Origin: Clostridia bacterium
GTDB taxonomy: Bacteria; Bacillota; Clostridia; Christensenellales; CAG-1252
DNA: 56,839 nucleotides
NCBI GenBank assembly: GCA_017463565.1
Contig: JAFTOZ010000004.1
Coordinates: 1 to 56,839 of the forward strand
Direction: 5' to 3'
The notes under the pieces were generated by a model that did no database searches, had not been told where the DNA came from, and saw nothing but the letters and a program-made list of their open reading frames with translations. Each line of letters opens with the position of its first letter. The first letter of the stretch is position 1. A program made the position numbers and the translations under genes. This document shows positions 8,964 to 18,448 of the stretch, piece by piece.

Positions 8964-9015
8964 ACAGAAAGAGAGGACAAATCGGGAAATTCCGAAACGT
9001 CCTCTCTTTTTCTGT
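8964..9015. terminator. bidirectional rho-independent terminator
   Basis: ACAGAAAGAGAGGAC ... GTCCTCTCTTTTTCTGT long stem between convergent genes. Confidence 0.7.
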
Positions 9016-9102
9016 TCGTGATGTTTTTTTTCTGGCGCGAATGCTCCGTTAAAAGATCACGCTAAAGGTAGGCTTTTCTTTTGTCTAACGAGGGGCAACA
9101 GT

Positions 9103-10923
9103 CTATTTCTTTTTGCCTGGTTTGTGCTTGTGCAGTAGCACCAACAATACGACAGCACCCACACCAAGCACCGCACCGCCACAGATACACCCGATCAACA
9201 CGCCCAAGTCTACGCTTGGCGATACCGCGTCAGCAAGCTCAATTGCAAAACTCTGGGTATAGTAGGTGCGGTAATTTTCATCGGTATAGACCGCCACCGC
9301 GCGGCGGTTATCTTTCGAGACAAAAGCAACACGTCCGCACACGGTACTGATTTTGCCACCGTAGTTTGTGCGACAGAGCAGTATCTCGTCGCCTACTGCC
9401 ACTTTTTCCTGCTGTGTTTCTGCCACAACCCCCACCAGCTTGTCGGGGTGGGTGGGCTCGTCTGTGGTGAGTCCTACAAAACCCATATCTTCCCACGCCG
9501 CCACTTCTTCCCGTGTTTTGTGCGTCCACGTCCAACAGATAATACCGCGGTCACGCAGTAGTTGTTGGTTGCTCTCCTTTGTGATTTTCTTGTGGTCGAT
9601 ATCCAATCCGCTATTGCATTGCCCCATCATCGATAGCAGGGTGCCCAGCATGACGTCGTGCACGCCAATGGTATTATTCAGCCGCGAGGTAGGCACGTAG
9701 GGCAACAACTCTTTCATCGCCAGTAGTTGCTCCGCCGAAAAACTGATGGCTACCGTGCGCTCCAAAATGGGGGCAAATTCCGACTTTTGCAGGCAATCAC
9801 GCAGCTTCTCTACCACCTCGGTGCCCTCGCACTTCAACTCCACCACCAATACGGCCTTTCTTTCGGCAGACAGCATACCTGCCACCACTTCCTCAAAGGT
9901 GGGGATCATTTCCTCGGGTAGTCCACCCCCTACCAGGCGGTAACTTCGCAATTCTTCCAGGGTCATATCTGCTACGTAACCGCTGCCGTTGGTGGTGGCG
10001 TCAATGGTATCGTCGTGCATAACCACCAAGTGCTTGTCCCGGGTCAGGTGTACGTCAATCTCCACGTGTGTTGCGCCCTTTTCTACCGCCGACAGCACGC
10101 CCGAAAGGGAGTTGGCTTGGCAATGCTCGGGGTCACCTCGGTGTCCCACTATATAGGGAGTCCGCACGAAGACCCGCTCGCCTCCCTCACTCAACTTGTC
10201 GTAGAATGCGTAGAGGGCAGCAGGGTCTGCCACCACACCGTATGCGCCGCTAAATACCGCATTGGATAGCGCAATTTCGTCCGTACCCTCTGCCTCTACC
10301 CACACCGTTTTGAACATTCCCTGCAGGTAGCGCACGGTTTCTGCTGTGGCGAGGGTTTGTGGCAACAGTAGGATACTCGCTTGGTTTTGAGTGGCGGTTT
10401 TCACCATCTCGTAGCGGTCTTTGCCCTCCGGTACTTTCCATATACCGCGTGCGTAGGCGCAAGCCTCTCGTACCGCTTTCACCAAGGTAGGCTGGGTAGA
10501 CAGTACCGCCCAATCGGTAAGCCCCGTGTGCGCTCCAACAAAGGTCAGTAGGGCAGACACGTCTCCCTCGCTCTCCACCTGCACCACAGGCAAAATATCC
10601 TTTTGCAAAACTTGGGTATAGGCCGTCTCCAGGGTAGAAAGCGCCTCTCCGTTGGGGCTTATGACCTCTCCCTCGGCGTTGATACGCAAAATGGCGTTTG
10701 AGGGCTTTTGCGGGGCTTCTCCAAGCATAGCAAGGCCCTCGTCGTCCACCACTTCGTAGACGGCAGTTGGCGCACACACCACGTTGCTTTCGTGCTCGTA
10801 GGTGCGCACGGTATCGCTATCCAAAAAATCTCCGCCTGCAGCCACCGCCACCGCAGGGTACAGGCAGGTAAGCGCAAACACCGCCACCAATCCAACACAA
10901 ACGATAAAACCTCGAAATCTCAT
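9103..10923 (-). CDS. secreted, membrane-anchored glycerophosphodiester phosphodiesterase (GDPD) family protein
   Basis: GDPD motifs YIVGHRGDPE...ANSL and HVEIDVHLTRDKHLVVMHDDTID. N-terminal signal-like segment and a C-terminal TM helix followed by a KKK tail. Confidence 0.8.
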   Translation of the reverse strand: MRFRGFIVCVGLVAVFALTCLYPAVAVAAGGDFLDSDTVRTYEHESNVVCAPTAVYEVVDDEGLAMLGEAPQKPSNAILRINAEGEVISPNGEALSTLETAYTQVLQKDILPVVQVESEGDVSALLTFVGAHTGLTDWAVLSTQPTLVKAVREACAYARGIWKVPEGKDRYEMVKTATQNQASILLLPQTLATAETVRYLQGMFKTVWVEAEGTDEIALSNAVFSGAYGVVADPAALYAFYDKLSEGGERVFVRTPYIVGHRGDPEHCQANSLSGVLSAVEKGATHVEIDVHLTRDKHLVVMHDDTIDATTNGSGYVADMTLEELRSYRLVGGGLPEEMIPTFEEVVAGMLSAERKAVLVVELKCEGTEVVEKLRDCLQKSEFAPILERTVAISFSAEQLLAMKELLPYVPTSRLNNTIGVHDVMLGTLLSMMGQCNSGLDIDHKKITKESNQQLLRDRGIICWTWTHKTREEVAAWEDMGFVGLTTDEPTHPDKLVGVVAETQQEKVAVGDEILLCRTNYGGKISTVCGRVAFVSKDNRRAVAVYTDENYRTYYTQSFAIELADAVSPSVDLGVLIGCICGGAVLGVGAVVLLVLLHKHKPGKKK

Positions 10924-11032
10924 TTTCTCCCCCTGCCCACGGTTTCCACCCCATAGGGGTGAACGCTATATAATTATTGTCCGGGACGGCAGGGCGTTTG
11001 TCAATACGCAACTCTTTCGGCGCATTCGGCAA

Positions 11033-11059
11033 AAGAAAAAGCCCGCCGGTTGGCGGGCA
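11033..11059 (-). terminator. rho-independent terminator
   Basis: On the minus strand, GCCCGCC-AACC-GGCGGGC followed by a T-run, 16 nt past the stop at 11075. Confidence 0.75.
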
Positions 11060-11074
11060 TTTTATGGGCAGGAA

Positions 11075-12520
11075 TTAGTGGTTGTGACCAGCGTGGTCAT
11101 CACTGCTATCTTCATTGTCGTCTTTCTTGTCGTTCTCAATATCTTCCTCGGTCATTTCGCCAAGCAGGGTCTCCACTTGAGCCTCGCCGTCGAACTCGCT
11201 GATATTGTAGTAGTACAGATAGTCCACGTGACCCTCGCTGAAGTACACCAGGCACAGGTCGCCGTCAATCTCTACCAACTCGGGAGCAATGAAACCGGAG
11301 TGGATCTCGTCTGCGCCCAGGCATTGCACGTAAGAGGTGCCGTCCATCTTGTAGCGGTACGCTACGTTCTCTACGCTGTAGTACACAAAGCCGTCTGCCA
11401 CGCCCAACACGGTAGCCTTGGTGATACTGCCGTCGTCATCTTTGAACAGGGTGGGGATAGCAGCCTTGCCGGTAGCAACGTCGTAGCGGTACAGGGTCAG
11501 GGTACTGGAAGCGTCCAACACGCCCTCTTCGAAACCGATTGCGGTGATGGCGCTGAGTGCGCTTGCGCTGATTTGACGCTCCGCGGCAGGATCAAAAGAG
11601 AAGTCCTTGCTGAAACGGTATGCGTACACGCCGCTATTGGTACCGGTGGAAGAAGTGGACTTGTAGTAAGTCTTGGTGTAGAAAATGCTCAGGTCGCCAT
11701 TCTTCTCTACCACGTGGTCGAGGATGGAGATACTGAACTCTTGCTTGTAGTCTTGGGTAGCGGTATAGGTAGTCTTGTCGATAACCTTGGTGCTGGTACC
11801 GTTAGCGTAGACGTACAGGGTGTTGGTATAGTCGTTGGGAGCAGTCGCAGCCACGGTATAGAACACACAGTCAGCCAAGCTTGCGTTGCCGCTCTCGTTC
11901 ACGGGGAAGTAGATAGAGGAGAATTCCTCAACCACAACCTCGCCGTCCTTGCTGGCCTTGAACTTGTCGGCCTTGGTGGACTTGAAGTACAACTTGCCGT
12001 CACGCACGTAGAGCAGACCGTCGGGGGTGTACTTGTAGTTGGTGGAAGTGCCGTTCTCGATCTCCAAAATCACTTGGGTGTTTTGGCCGTCCAAACCGGT
12101 ACGGACAAATTGCAGATTGTCGTGCAACACAGAACCGTCACGAGCCTCCTCCACAGAGGGGGTCACGTAGTAGATATAGTCGCCGTAGATGCTGAAGCCG
12201 GTGTTGGCAGCGCTGGAAACCACGGTCTTGGGAACGATGACCTCTGCGTCCGCAACGTCACCGCCAACCTCGTAGCGCATGATAGCGCCCTTGAGGGGGT
12301 TGCCAAACCAGTTGGCTTGTGCGTCGTCGAGATAGCCGGCATAGCCGTTGATAAAATAAACGTAGCCGCCTTGCACCACAACGCTACCGCCGTTGCTTTG
12401 AGCGGGAGTGCCGTTGCCTTTGTCAAAGGTAGCATTGTCGTAGTTCTCACAACCAACCATCATCAGAGCGATAGCGGCGATGAGCACAATAACGATTGTC
12501 AGAATAACTTTCTTTTTCAT
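11075..12520 (-). CDS. lipoprotein with beta-propeller-like repeats (DUF5050-like)
   Basis: Part of ORF 11075..12604. Start placed at Met MKKKVILT (12520). Lipobox LMMVGC. Recurring GGYVYFIN / GDYIYYV / DGKLYF blades. Acidic C-terminal tail. Confidence 0.65.
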   Translation of the reverse strand: MKKKVILTIVIVLIAAIALMMVGCENYDNATFDKGNGTPAQSNGGSVVVQGGYVYFINGYAGYLDDAQANWFGNPLKGAIMRYEVGGDVADAEVIVPKTVVSSAANTGFSIYGDYIYYVTPSVEEARDGSVLHDNLQFVRTGLDGQNTQVILEIENGTSTNYKYTPDGLLYVRDGKLYFKSTKADKFKASKDGEVVVEEFSSIYFPVNESGNASLADCVFYTVAATAPNDYTNTLYVYANGTSTKVIDKTTYTATQDYKQEFSISILDHVVEKNGDLSIFYTKTYYKSTSSTGTNSGVYAYRFSKDFSFDPAAERQISASALSAITAIGFEEGVLDASSTLTLYRYDVATGKAAIPTLFKDDDGSITKATVLGVADGFVYYSVENVAYRYKMDGTSYVQCLGADEIHSGFIAPELVEIDGDLCLVYFSEGHVDYLYYYNISEFDGEAQVETLLGEMTEEDIENDKKDDNEDSSDDHAGHNH

Positions 12521-12771
12521 GATACTCTCCTTGATAGAGTCGTGCGGTATAAAACACACTTCTAGAGCATAATTATATACCAACACCGCTAATAATGCAA
12601 CCAAATTCTTTCATATTATACACATATTCGTTATGCATACATACGCACACGCACGCAGATTGCTCAAAAACAAGTCCCCAGTCCCCGAGGTTGCCGAGAA
12701 AGAGCGCGCTATCTGTGCCTATCAGTTTATTCTGAAACAAATGGAAGATCATATTCGCAAAGGAGATCCGT

Positions 12772-13503
12772 ATGCTCATCAACAAAACTTTTCTGTTCAA
12801 ACCGCAACCGTTCGCCAGTCTTCGAGTGAGGATATTGGAGGGGCAATATACCCTGTTGACCCTGCCCCGTGAGGTGCAAGATGCCCAACACGTGCTATTG
12901 GTGGAAGTGAACGGAGAGGTGCAGGCCCATTCCACCGAGGGGGAAATTCGCCTGCCGCCTATTGTTCCCGAGCGTGCAATCTTTTGCATTTGCACCACTT
13001 CGGGAGACTTGGTGAAATGGGCAACCCCCGACGGTAGGTGGACAGAGGGCGTGAGTGCCTTGGTGGATCGTTATCGTAGACGTATGGCGCCCAAGCCGTC
13101 TGCGGAGCCAAGTGCGCCGCCGCCCAAGGTGGAGAAGGTGGAAAGTAGCGCCCCCATAGCCCCCGCAAAAGCGCAAGTGGCAGAGGCAGATATTACCGCA
13201 CGGTTTGGTATTTGTGAGATAGAGAGCGAGACCCCCAAGGCGGACCCGTGGAAGGGGCTTGTTCCGTATTTGCCCCTACAAAAGCGGATTCGCGACAGCA
13301 GGTGGGCCCAGGCGCCCCAAGCAGATGGCGGCTATTTGGTGGGCATGCTGTTTGACAGCGACCGCAACCCCACCCACCAATGCTATGGGGTAGAGGGAGA
13401 TTTTGCCCATCCTCTGTCGGAGAATGCCGAGTGGCTGCCTGCGGACGAGGAAGATTGGCAGGGCAAAGGTTGGTGGATTGTGTATTTGCCCTATACCGCA
13501 TAA
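12772..13503 (+). CDS. hypothetical protein
   Basis: 243-aa ORF behind AAAGGAG. Contains a Pro/Ala-rich linker; no motif recognised. Confidence 0.5.
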   Translation: MLINKTFLFKPQPFASLRVRILEGQYTLLTLPREVQDAQHVLLVEVNGEVQAHSTEGEIRLPPIVPERAIFCICTTSGDLVKWATPDGRWTEGVSALVDRYRRRMAPKPSAEPSAPPPKVEKVESSAPIAPAKAQVAEADITARFGICEIESETPKADPWKGLVPYLPLQKRIRDSRWAQAPQADGGYLVGMLFDSDRNPTHQCYGVEGDFAHPLSENAEWLPADEEDWQGKGWWIVYLPYTA

Positions 13504-13509
13504 AAGCGC

Positions 13510-13643
13510 GGCGTGCCCGGTGCCTGCAAGTCAAAAAAAAGAAGGCAAGCCCAGTACCTGCAAGTCAACCGTGGTATGACGATCAATGGCATGCCCAGTG
13601 CATGCAAGTCGCCAAATGACGGCGTGCCCGGTACCTGCAAGTC
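13510..13643 (+). repeat. four direct copies of a 23-nt element GGCGTGCCCGGTGCCTGCAAGTC
   Basis: Copies at 13510..13532 (reference), 13544..13566 (4 mismatches), 13588..13610 (3 mismatches) and 13621..13643 (1 mismatch). Confidence 0.85.
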
Positions 13644-13651
13644 AGGGAGAT

Positions 13652-13695
13652 AAAAAAAGAGCAGACGACAGAAATCCTGCGTCTGCTCTTTTTTT
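13652..13695. terminator. bidirectional rho-independent terminator
   Basis: GAGCAGACG ... CGTCTGCTC stem with an A-run before and a T-run after, between convergent genes. Confidence 0.8.
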
Positions 13696-13707
13696 GCTAT
13701 TTGCTAA

Positions 13708-13878
13708 TTAGTTCTCGCTGATAGCGGCAACGGGGCAACCTGCATCGCAAGCACCACAATCGATGCACTCGTTTGCATTGATTTCGAACTTGCCGTCACC
13801 TTCGCTGATTGCATTTACGGGGCAGTTAGCTGCACATGCGCCACAACTGATACATTCATCACTAATAACTCTTGCCAT
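13708..13878 (-). CDS. fdx: 2x[4Fe-4S] ferredoxin (56 aa, below the ORF-track cutoff)
   Basis: Hand translation: MARVISDECISCGACAANCPVNAISEGDGKFEINANECIDCGACDAGCPVAAISEN. It has two CxxCxxCxxxCP clusters and an AAAAGGAGAG RBS upstream. Confidence 0.85.
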   Translation of the reverse strand: MARVISDECISCGACAANCPVNAISEGDGKFEINANECIDCGACDAGCPVAAISEN

Positions 13879-13952
13879 AATATCTCTCCTTTTGGGTTGT
13901 TGACTGTATTATACCACTCTATACGCACCTTGGCAAACGATTTGGCGAAAAA

Positions 13953-14819
13953 TTATTCTTCTTCTTCGTCCATCTCCTCGGTGTCCTCTTCCTGCTCGGG
14001 GGCGGTAGGTTGGGGCTTGAGACCAAGTGCCTCTACCGGATAACGCTTATATTCGATGGCGTCATCGCGCAGAAAACGCACCACCACCTCGCGGCGGAGC
14101 ATATCCAACGTATCCACGATACCCTCGCCGTCGGGGGTTTGGATTTTGCTCTTGACCTTGGGCATCTCTTTGGCAACCTCTGCGTAGTAGTCGCTCTCGT
14201 ACTTCAAGCAACACATCAACTTGCCGCACATACCGCTGATTTTGGTGGGAGACAGGGACAGCCCCTGCACCTTTGCCATTTTGATGGTGACCTTTTCAAA
14301 GTCGTTCAAAAAGGCGTTGCAACAGCAAGGACGGCCACAGGGTGCCAGCGCTCCACGCATTTTGATATCGTCACGCTCGTAGATTTGGCACAGCTCGATA
14401 CGCGCACGCAACGCGGACGCCAACTCCTTGACCAATTCACGAAAGTCCACTCTGCCGTCTGCGGTAAAGTAGAGCATCACCTTCTTGCCGTCAAAGGTAT
14501 AGATACAGTCCACAAACTTGAGTTTCAAGTTGAACTTTTCTGCCTTTTGGGCGGCAATCTTCATTGCCTCTTTGCGCTGAGAAAGCAAACGCTCTGCCTG
14601 CTCGGTATCACGCTGGGTGGCCTTGCGCACCACGGGCTTCAACTCCCGCTTGATTTCCTTTTCCTCAACCTCTTTGTTTGCAATCACAACCTCGCCATAC
14701 TCCAAACCGCGTGCGGTCTCTACGATGACGTGATCGCCCAGCGCAAACTCTTGCCCTTTCGGGTCAAAATAAAAGGTTTTGCGATTGGTTGGATATTTAA
14801 CACCAATAATGGTTACCAT
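13953..14819 (-). CDS. ricT: PSP1-domain stage 0 sporulation protein RicT/YaaT
   Basis: Conserved N-terminus VKY...YFD and Cys-rich motifs CGRPCCCNAFL and CGKLMCCLKYE. Sits in the classic position downstream of holB. Confidence 0.85.
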   Translation of the reverse strand: MVTIIGVKYPTNRKTFYFDPKGQEFALGDHVIVETARGLEYGEVVIANKEVEEKEIKRELKPVVRKATQRDTEQAERLLSQRKEAMKIAAQKAEKFNLKLKFVDCIYTFDGKKVMLYFTADGRVDFRELVKELASALRARIELCQIYERDDIKMRGALAPCGRPCCCNAFLNDFEKVTIKMAKVQGLSLSPTKISGMCGKLMCCLKYESDYYAEVAKEMPKVKSKIQTPDGEGIVDTLDMLRREVVVRFLRDDAIEYKRYPVEALGLKPQPTAPEQEEDTEEMDEEEE

Positions 14820-15787
14820 TTACTTTTTACCTCCAGAATGCCCAGCATCAGGTCATCTGCAATATTCGCAGCGCCACAATAGGCGGCTACCTTTTGCTTG
14901 GCCGTTTCGACCAGCTCCATCACCTGCGGCAGCGCGCGAGGGGAAAACTCGCCGGCGAGTGGCAACAGAGCGCTTAGTTTGTTTTGATAGGTGACCGCAT
15001 CCTGTCGGCCACATTGGATATATAGCAAATCCTGCACTACTCTGCCCATCATAGACAGGGTTTCGCCAATTTGCTCTTTGCTCCACATAGGAGCGTAGAT
15101 ATAGTGCATGACGTCACGGCTACGCTTGCAAGCGGCAAACCAATCCAGCACCTCTTGCAACTTGTCAAAGTAGTCGGTGCGCCCGTGAATTGCCTTTGCG
15201 ACCGTCAAGTTGCCCGAAGCGAGCCTTGCAATCACCTCGGCTTGTGCCTCGCCCTCCTCTTCTAGCCAAGAGCGCACGTCTTTAGCAGACAGCGGCGGCA
15301 AGGATAGGGTTTTCACACGGCTTAGTACGGTGGGCAAAATGCTGCCCGTGTGGTTTGCGCCCAACAAAAACACCACGGACGGCGCGGGCTCTTCCAGGGA
15401 CTTCAACAGAAGGTTTTGCACACGCTCGCTAGCCTCGTGCATAGAGCGCAACACGTATACCTTTTTGCCACCCTCAAACGAGCCGAGGCTCGTGTCCTCT
15501 ACCACCTTTTCCAACAACTTGTGCTTGCCAAGGGTAAGGGGCTCTCCGTCCGGGTTGGGTTGGACGATATCCGGCTTGGAGCCGGACAAAATCTTTCGGC
15601 ACTCTGCACAGGAGCCACAAGCACTTTCGCAGTAGATACGCAGTAGCATCAACTGCAACATCCCCTCGCGCAATACGTCGTCGTCACTCACCACCAAATA
15701 GGCGTGAAAAGGACGGCGGCGCATTTCGCCGTCAAAGATACGCCAAGCGTCGCTTTCCACAAGGATTCGGTGCAATACCTCGTTCAT
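14813..15787 (-). CDS. holB: DNA polymerase III subunit delta-prime
   Basis: Part of ORF 14813..15829. Start placed at Met 15787, behind GGGAGGAGG, in an ATGA overlap with the upstream gene. Contains the zinc module CGSCAECRKI and a clamp-loader-like fold; holB-ricT synteny. Confidence 0.75.
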   Translation of the reverse strand: MNEVLHRILVESDAWRIFDGEMRRRPFHAYLVVSDDDVLREGMLQLMLLRIYCESACGSCAECRKILSGSKPDIVQPNPDGEPLTLGKHKLLEKVVEDTSLGSFEGGKKVYVLRSMHEASERVQNLLLKSLEEPAPSVVFLLGANHTGSILPTVLSRVKTLSLPPLSAKDVRSWLEEEGEAQAEVIARLASGNLTVAKAIHGRTDYFDKLQEVLDWFAACKRSRDVMHYIYAPMWSKEQIGETLSMMGRVVQDLLYIQCGRQDAVTYQNKLSALLPLAGEFSPRALPQVMELVETAKQKVAAYCGAANIADDLMLGILEVKSKW

Positions 15788-16632
15788 TGCGCCTCCTCCC
15801 ACGTAGCAACCAAGGTGAATTGCCCCCAAGTAATGGCCTCAAAACTCAACGAGGTCACGTACATAGGCTCGTCAATCACCGTCAATTCGCCGTTGACGAC
15901 AAACTCGGGGTGGGTAGAACTCTGGGGATATAGCACCCAACCTGCAAAGGTACGCCCGGAGTAGCGCGCAGGCTCCAACACCAAGGTATCGCCCATCTCT
16001 ACGGTATAGACGGTGGGGTTTCCGTGTACGGCGCTTGCCGCCACACCCTCAATGCCCGACGCGTAGCCGATGGAATATTCGATGGCAACGGCGTGCCAAA
16101 CCAGGGTCAGATCGCCGTGTGCGCTGGCAGGTACGCCCAACCAATAGCTATCCTGCCCCTCGCACTTCCAGGTGCTTTGTTTGTGGTAGCCCACGGGGGT
16201 TTGGGTAGCCTGGGGCAGACTCACGCCCACACCGTACCGATAGGTCTGCGGCAGAGGATCGGTAAAGGTCACGTCCTCGGGATGTTCGTAACTCAAGCAG
16301 TAGACCTTGCCGATTTGTCCCAAATAGAGGGTGGTGTCTGCCTGCACCGTGGTGGTGGGGTCGTATAAGTTTTTGCATTCTGTGTCGTAGAACCAAGCCC
16401 ACTCGCAGTAGTCTGCGGCATCAACAGTCGGCAGGGGGAGTGCGCCACCTACCGCGCCTTTGTCGAGAGAAACAGGCTCAAAAGAAAACTCGCCCCAACT
16501 CTCGTCCACCGCAAAAGAAAGCGCCACCTTTGCGTTCTCGTTGGGACGCACGACGGTGCCTGTTTCCGCACAACCCACCAGGGCGGTGCAAAGCAATATG
16601 AGCAAACAAATACAAGCGAGACTGCGTTTCAT
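15784..16632 (-). CDS. lipoprotein with FxGW-type (Listeria/Bacteroides-repeat-like) modules
   Basis: Signal peptide plus lipobox LVGC. Contains RTFAGWVLYP-type motifs. Confidence 0.6.
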   Translation of the reverse strand: MKRSLACICLLILLCTALVGCAETGTVVRPNENAKVALSFAVDESWGEFSFEPVSLDKGAVGGALPLPTVDAADYCEWAWFYDTECKNLYDPTTTVQADTTLYLGQIGKVYCLSYEHPEDVTFTDPLPQTYRYGVGVSLPQATQTPVGYHKQSTWKCEGQDSYWLGVPASAHGDLTLVWHAVAIEYSIGYASGIEGVAASAVHGNPTVYTVEMGDTLVLEPARYSGRTFAGWVLYPQSSTHPEFVVNGELTVIDEPMYVTSLSFEAITWGQFTLVATWEEAQ

Positions 16633-16761
16633 AATGTACCTCTAATTAGTATAACACACAATATCACTTTTGTAAAAGATATTTTTCACGCGCCTCGTTT
16701 CTGCGCTACCGCCAAAAAAAGGACGGTCGCAGGTTTCCCCGGACCGCCCACTTTGCATGGG

Positions 16762-18279
16762 TTATTGCACCTCGGACGGCGTGCTCACCGTAAAGGTTGC
16801 CGTGCCCTGTACGCCCTCGCGCAAATAGGTGATGACGATCGTATCGCCCGATCTTGCGTTCAGCATAGCGTCTACCACCGCAAAAGTACGGTTGATGGCA
16901 ACGGGTGCGTTTGTGCCCACTTGGATACTCACGAGCAGATCTCCCTCTTCCAAAATGCCGGTGACGATACTGCCTGCGGTCACCTCCAGCACGCGCACTT
17001 CCTCGCGAATCCGCGTCACGCCCTCGTCCGCATCGTATACGGCTGCGCTACCTGCGGCGTGTACCATAATGCCCAACAGATACTTCTGCACCTTTTGCGC
17101 AGTACCCTTTGCTTCGTAGCCGTCGATAATGTTTTGCGCTACGTACGTGGCGATATTCGAGGGGATTGCATAGGCAATATTTTCCACGTCGCTATAGATG
17201 ATCTTTGCGTTGACGATACCGATCAGGTTGCCCTCGCCGTCAAACAGACCGCCGCCCGAGTTACCTTGGTTTACGGCGGTATCGATACGCATCACGCGGA
17301 ATTCCACGGGGGTCACCTCGTCTGCGCCCGTCATTTTGATGATTTCGCTATCTACCGAGATGATACCTTTCGTCACGGAAATGCCCTCTGCCTCGGGGTT
17401 GCCAATAGCGATTGCGTCCTGACCCACTACGACCTTGTTACTATCCGCCAGGCGAACCGCACGTGCCTCGCTATTTTTCAACACTTCGCTATTTTCCACA
17501 CGGAGCACCGCTATATCGTAGGTCATTGCACCACCCACGTAGGTGGCAGGAATTTTATAGGGGAGATAGGCCGTTCCCGACTCGTCCTCGAGTGCGATCT
17601 CGTGGCCGTAGAGCAACAGATAGATATCCTCGCTGATGTGGGTTTCGTTGTTGGACTCTGCGCTATATACCACGTGGTAGTTGGTGATGACGTACGCATC
17701 ACCCTCCTCTTTGTTCAGCCAGAAGATTACGCCCGAGCCTGCCGAGCCGTACTCCTCGGTGCGTTGCTCGCTTTCCTCGTTCCAACCCCAACCCGAATTG
17801 ACGGTGACCGTCTTTTTGAAGGAGCAATAGACGCTCACGCTAGACAGAATCGCCTCGCTTGCAATCTTGTCCGAGCCCACGCTATCCACCGACAGATATT
17901 CCTTGATAAAGTCCAAAAAACTACCCTCAAAGCCGTTCTTCACGGCGGCTTGATAGATCTCCTCGATGGTGGGAGAGGTAGCGTCCTTGCCGTCCTCGCC
18001 GTCTTTGCCGTTGTCGCCTTTCAGGCTGGCAAGCCATTCTTCCATGGTACCCTTGAAGCCGTTTTCTACCGCCAGGTCGTAGGCAGAGCGTCCTGCATCT
18101 GCGCCCTTCAGGCTCTCCAACCATTCTGCTTCCGTGCCAACAAAACCGTTTTGCACGGCAATTTCGTAGGCGCTCAAACCGCCCGACAGTACGATACTGC
18201 CACAACCGGTCAGCAAACAGGCAGATACCGCCACCACGGCAACCAACGCAATCACGAGGAAAAGGGGTCTATTTCTCAT
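16762..18279 (-). CDS. HtrA/DegP-like S1C serine protease with PDZ domain, lipid-anchored
   Basis: Part of ORF 16762..18306. Start placed at Met 18279, behind GAAGGAG. Lipobox LLTGC. Catalytic triad contexts ITNYHVV, DIAVLRV and GNSGGG. A PDZ-like C-terminus. Confidence 0.85.
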   Translation of the reverse strand: MRNRPLFLVIALVAVVAVSACLLTGCGSIVLSGGLSAYEIAVQNGFVGTEAEWLESLKGADAGRSAYDLAVENGFKGTMEEWLASLKGDNGKDGEDGKDATSPTIEEIYQAAVKNGFEGSFLDFIKEYLSVDSVGSDKIASEAILSSVSVYCSFKKTVTVNSGWGWNEESEQRTEEYGSAGSGVIFWLNKEEGDAYVITNYHVVYSAESNNETHISEDIYLLLYGHEIALEDESGTAYLPYKIPATYVGGAMTYDIAVLRVENSEVLKNSEARAVRLADSNKVVVGQDAIAIGNPEAEGISVTKGIISVDSEIIKMTGADEVTPVEFRVMRIDTAVNQGNSGGGLFDGEGNLIGIVNAKIIYSDVENIAYAIPSNIATYVAQNIIDGYEAKGTAQKVQKYLLGIMVHAAGSAAVYDADEGVTRIREEVRVLEVTAGSIVTGILEEGDLLVSIQVGTNAPVAINRTFAVVDAMLNARSGDTIVITYLREGVQGTATFTVSTPSEVQ

Positions 18280-18403
18280 AAGATTCTCCTTCGGGTGCAA
18301 CTGCACCTATAACTAATATAGGCTAATAGTCTAAAAATAACTTTAACCGACGCTAAAAAGTTATCTTTCCCTGCCCAAGTCCAACCTCTTTTGCCCAATA
18401 ACG

Positions 18404-18426
18404 AAAAAAATACCCTCGTCGGGTAT
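18404..18426 (-). terminator. rho-independent terminator
   Basis: On the minus strand, ATACCC-GACGA-GGGTAT followed by T7. Confidence 0.7.
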
Positions 18427-18448
18427 TTTCGGAGTTGGATAGGATATT

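Noticed and set aside
10802-12565. 587-aa plus-strand ORF antisense to the GDPD start and the DUF5050-like lipoprotein gene.
   Set aside because: It spans an intergenic terminator and two real minus-strand genes. The translation is repetitive V/G/A/H-rich with no start context.
12636-12658. ACGCAC-rich low-complexity tract (CATACATACGCACACGCACGCAG), similar to one at 56351..56396, plus alternating CG at 56421..56439.
   Set aside because: Short, imperfect simple-sequence tracts in two promoter-distal spacers. There is too little information to call them a functional element, and the similarity may be compositional.
16753-18312. 519-aa plus-strand ORF antisense to the HtrA-like protease.
   Set aside because: The minus strand carries an unambiguous His/Asp/Ser protease triad and a PDZ domain. 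The plus-strand product has no motifs.
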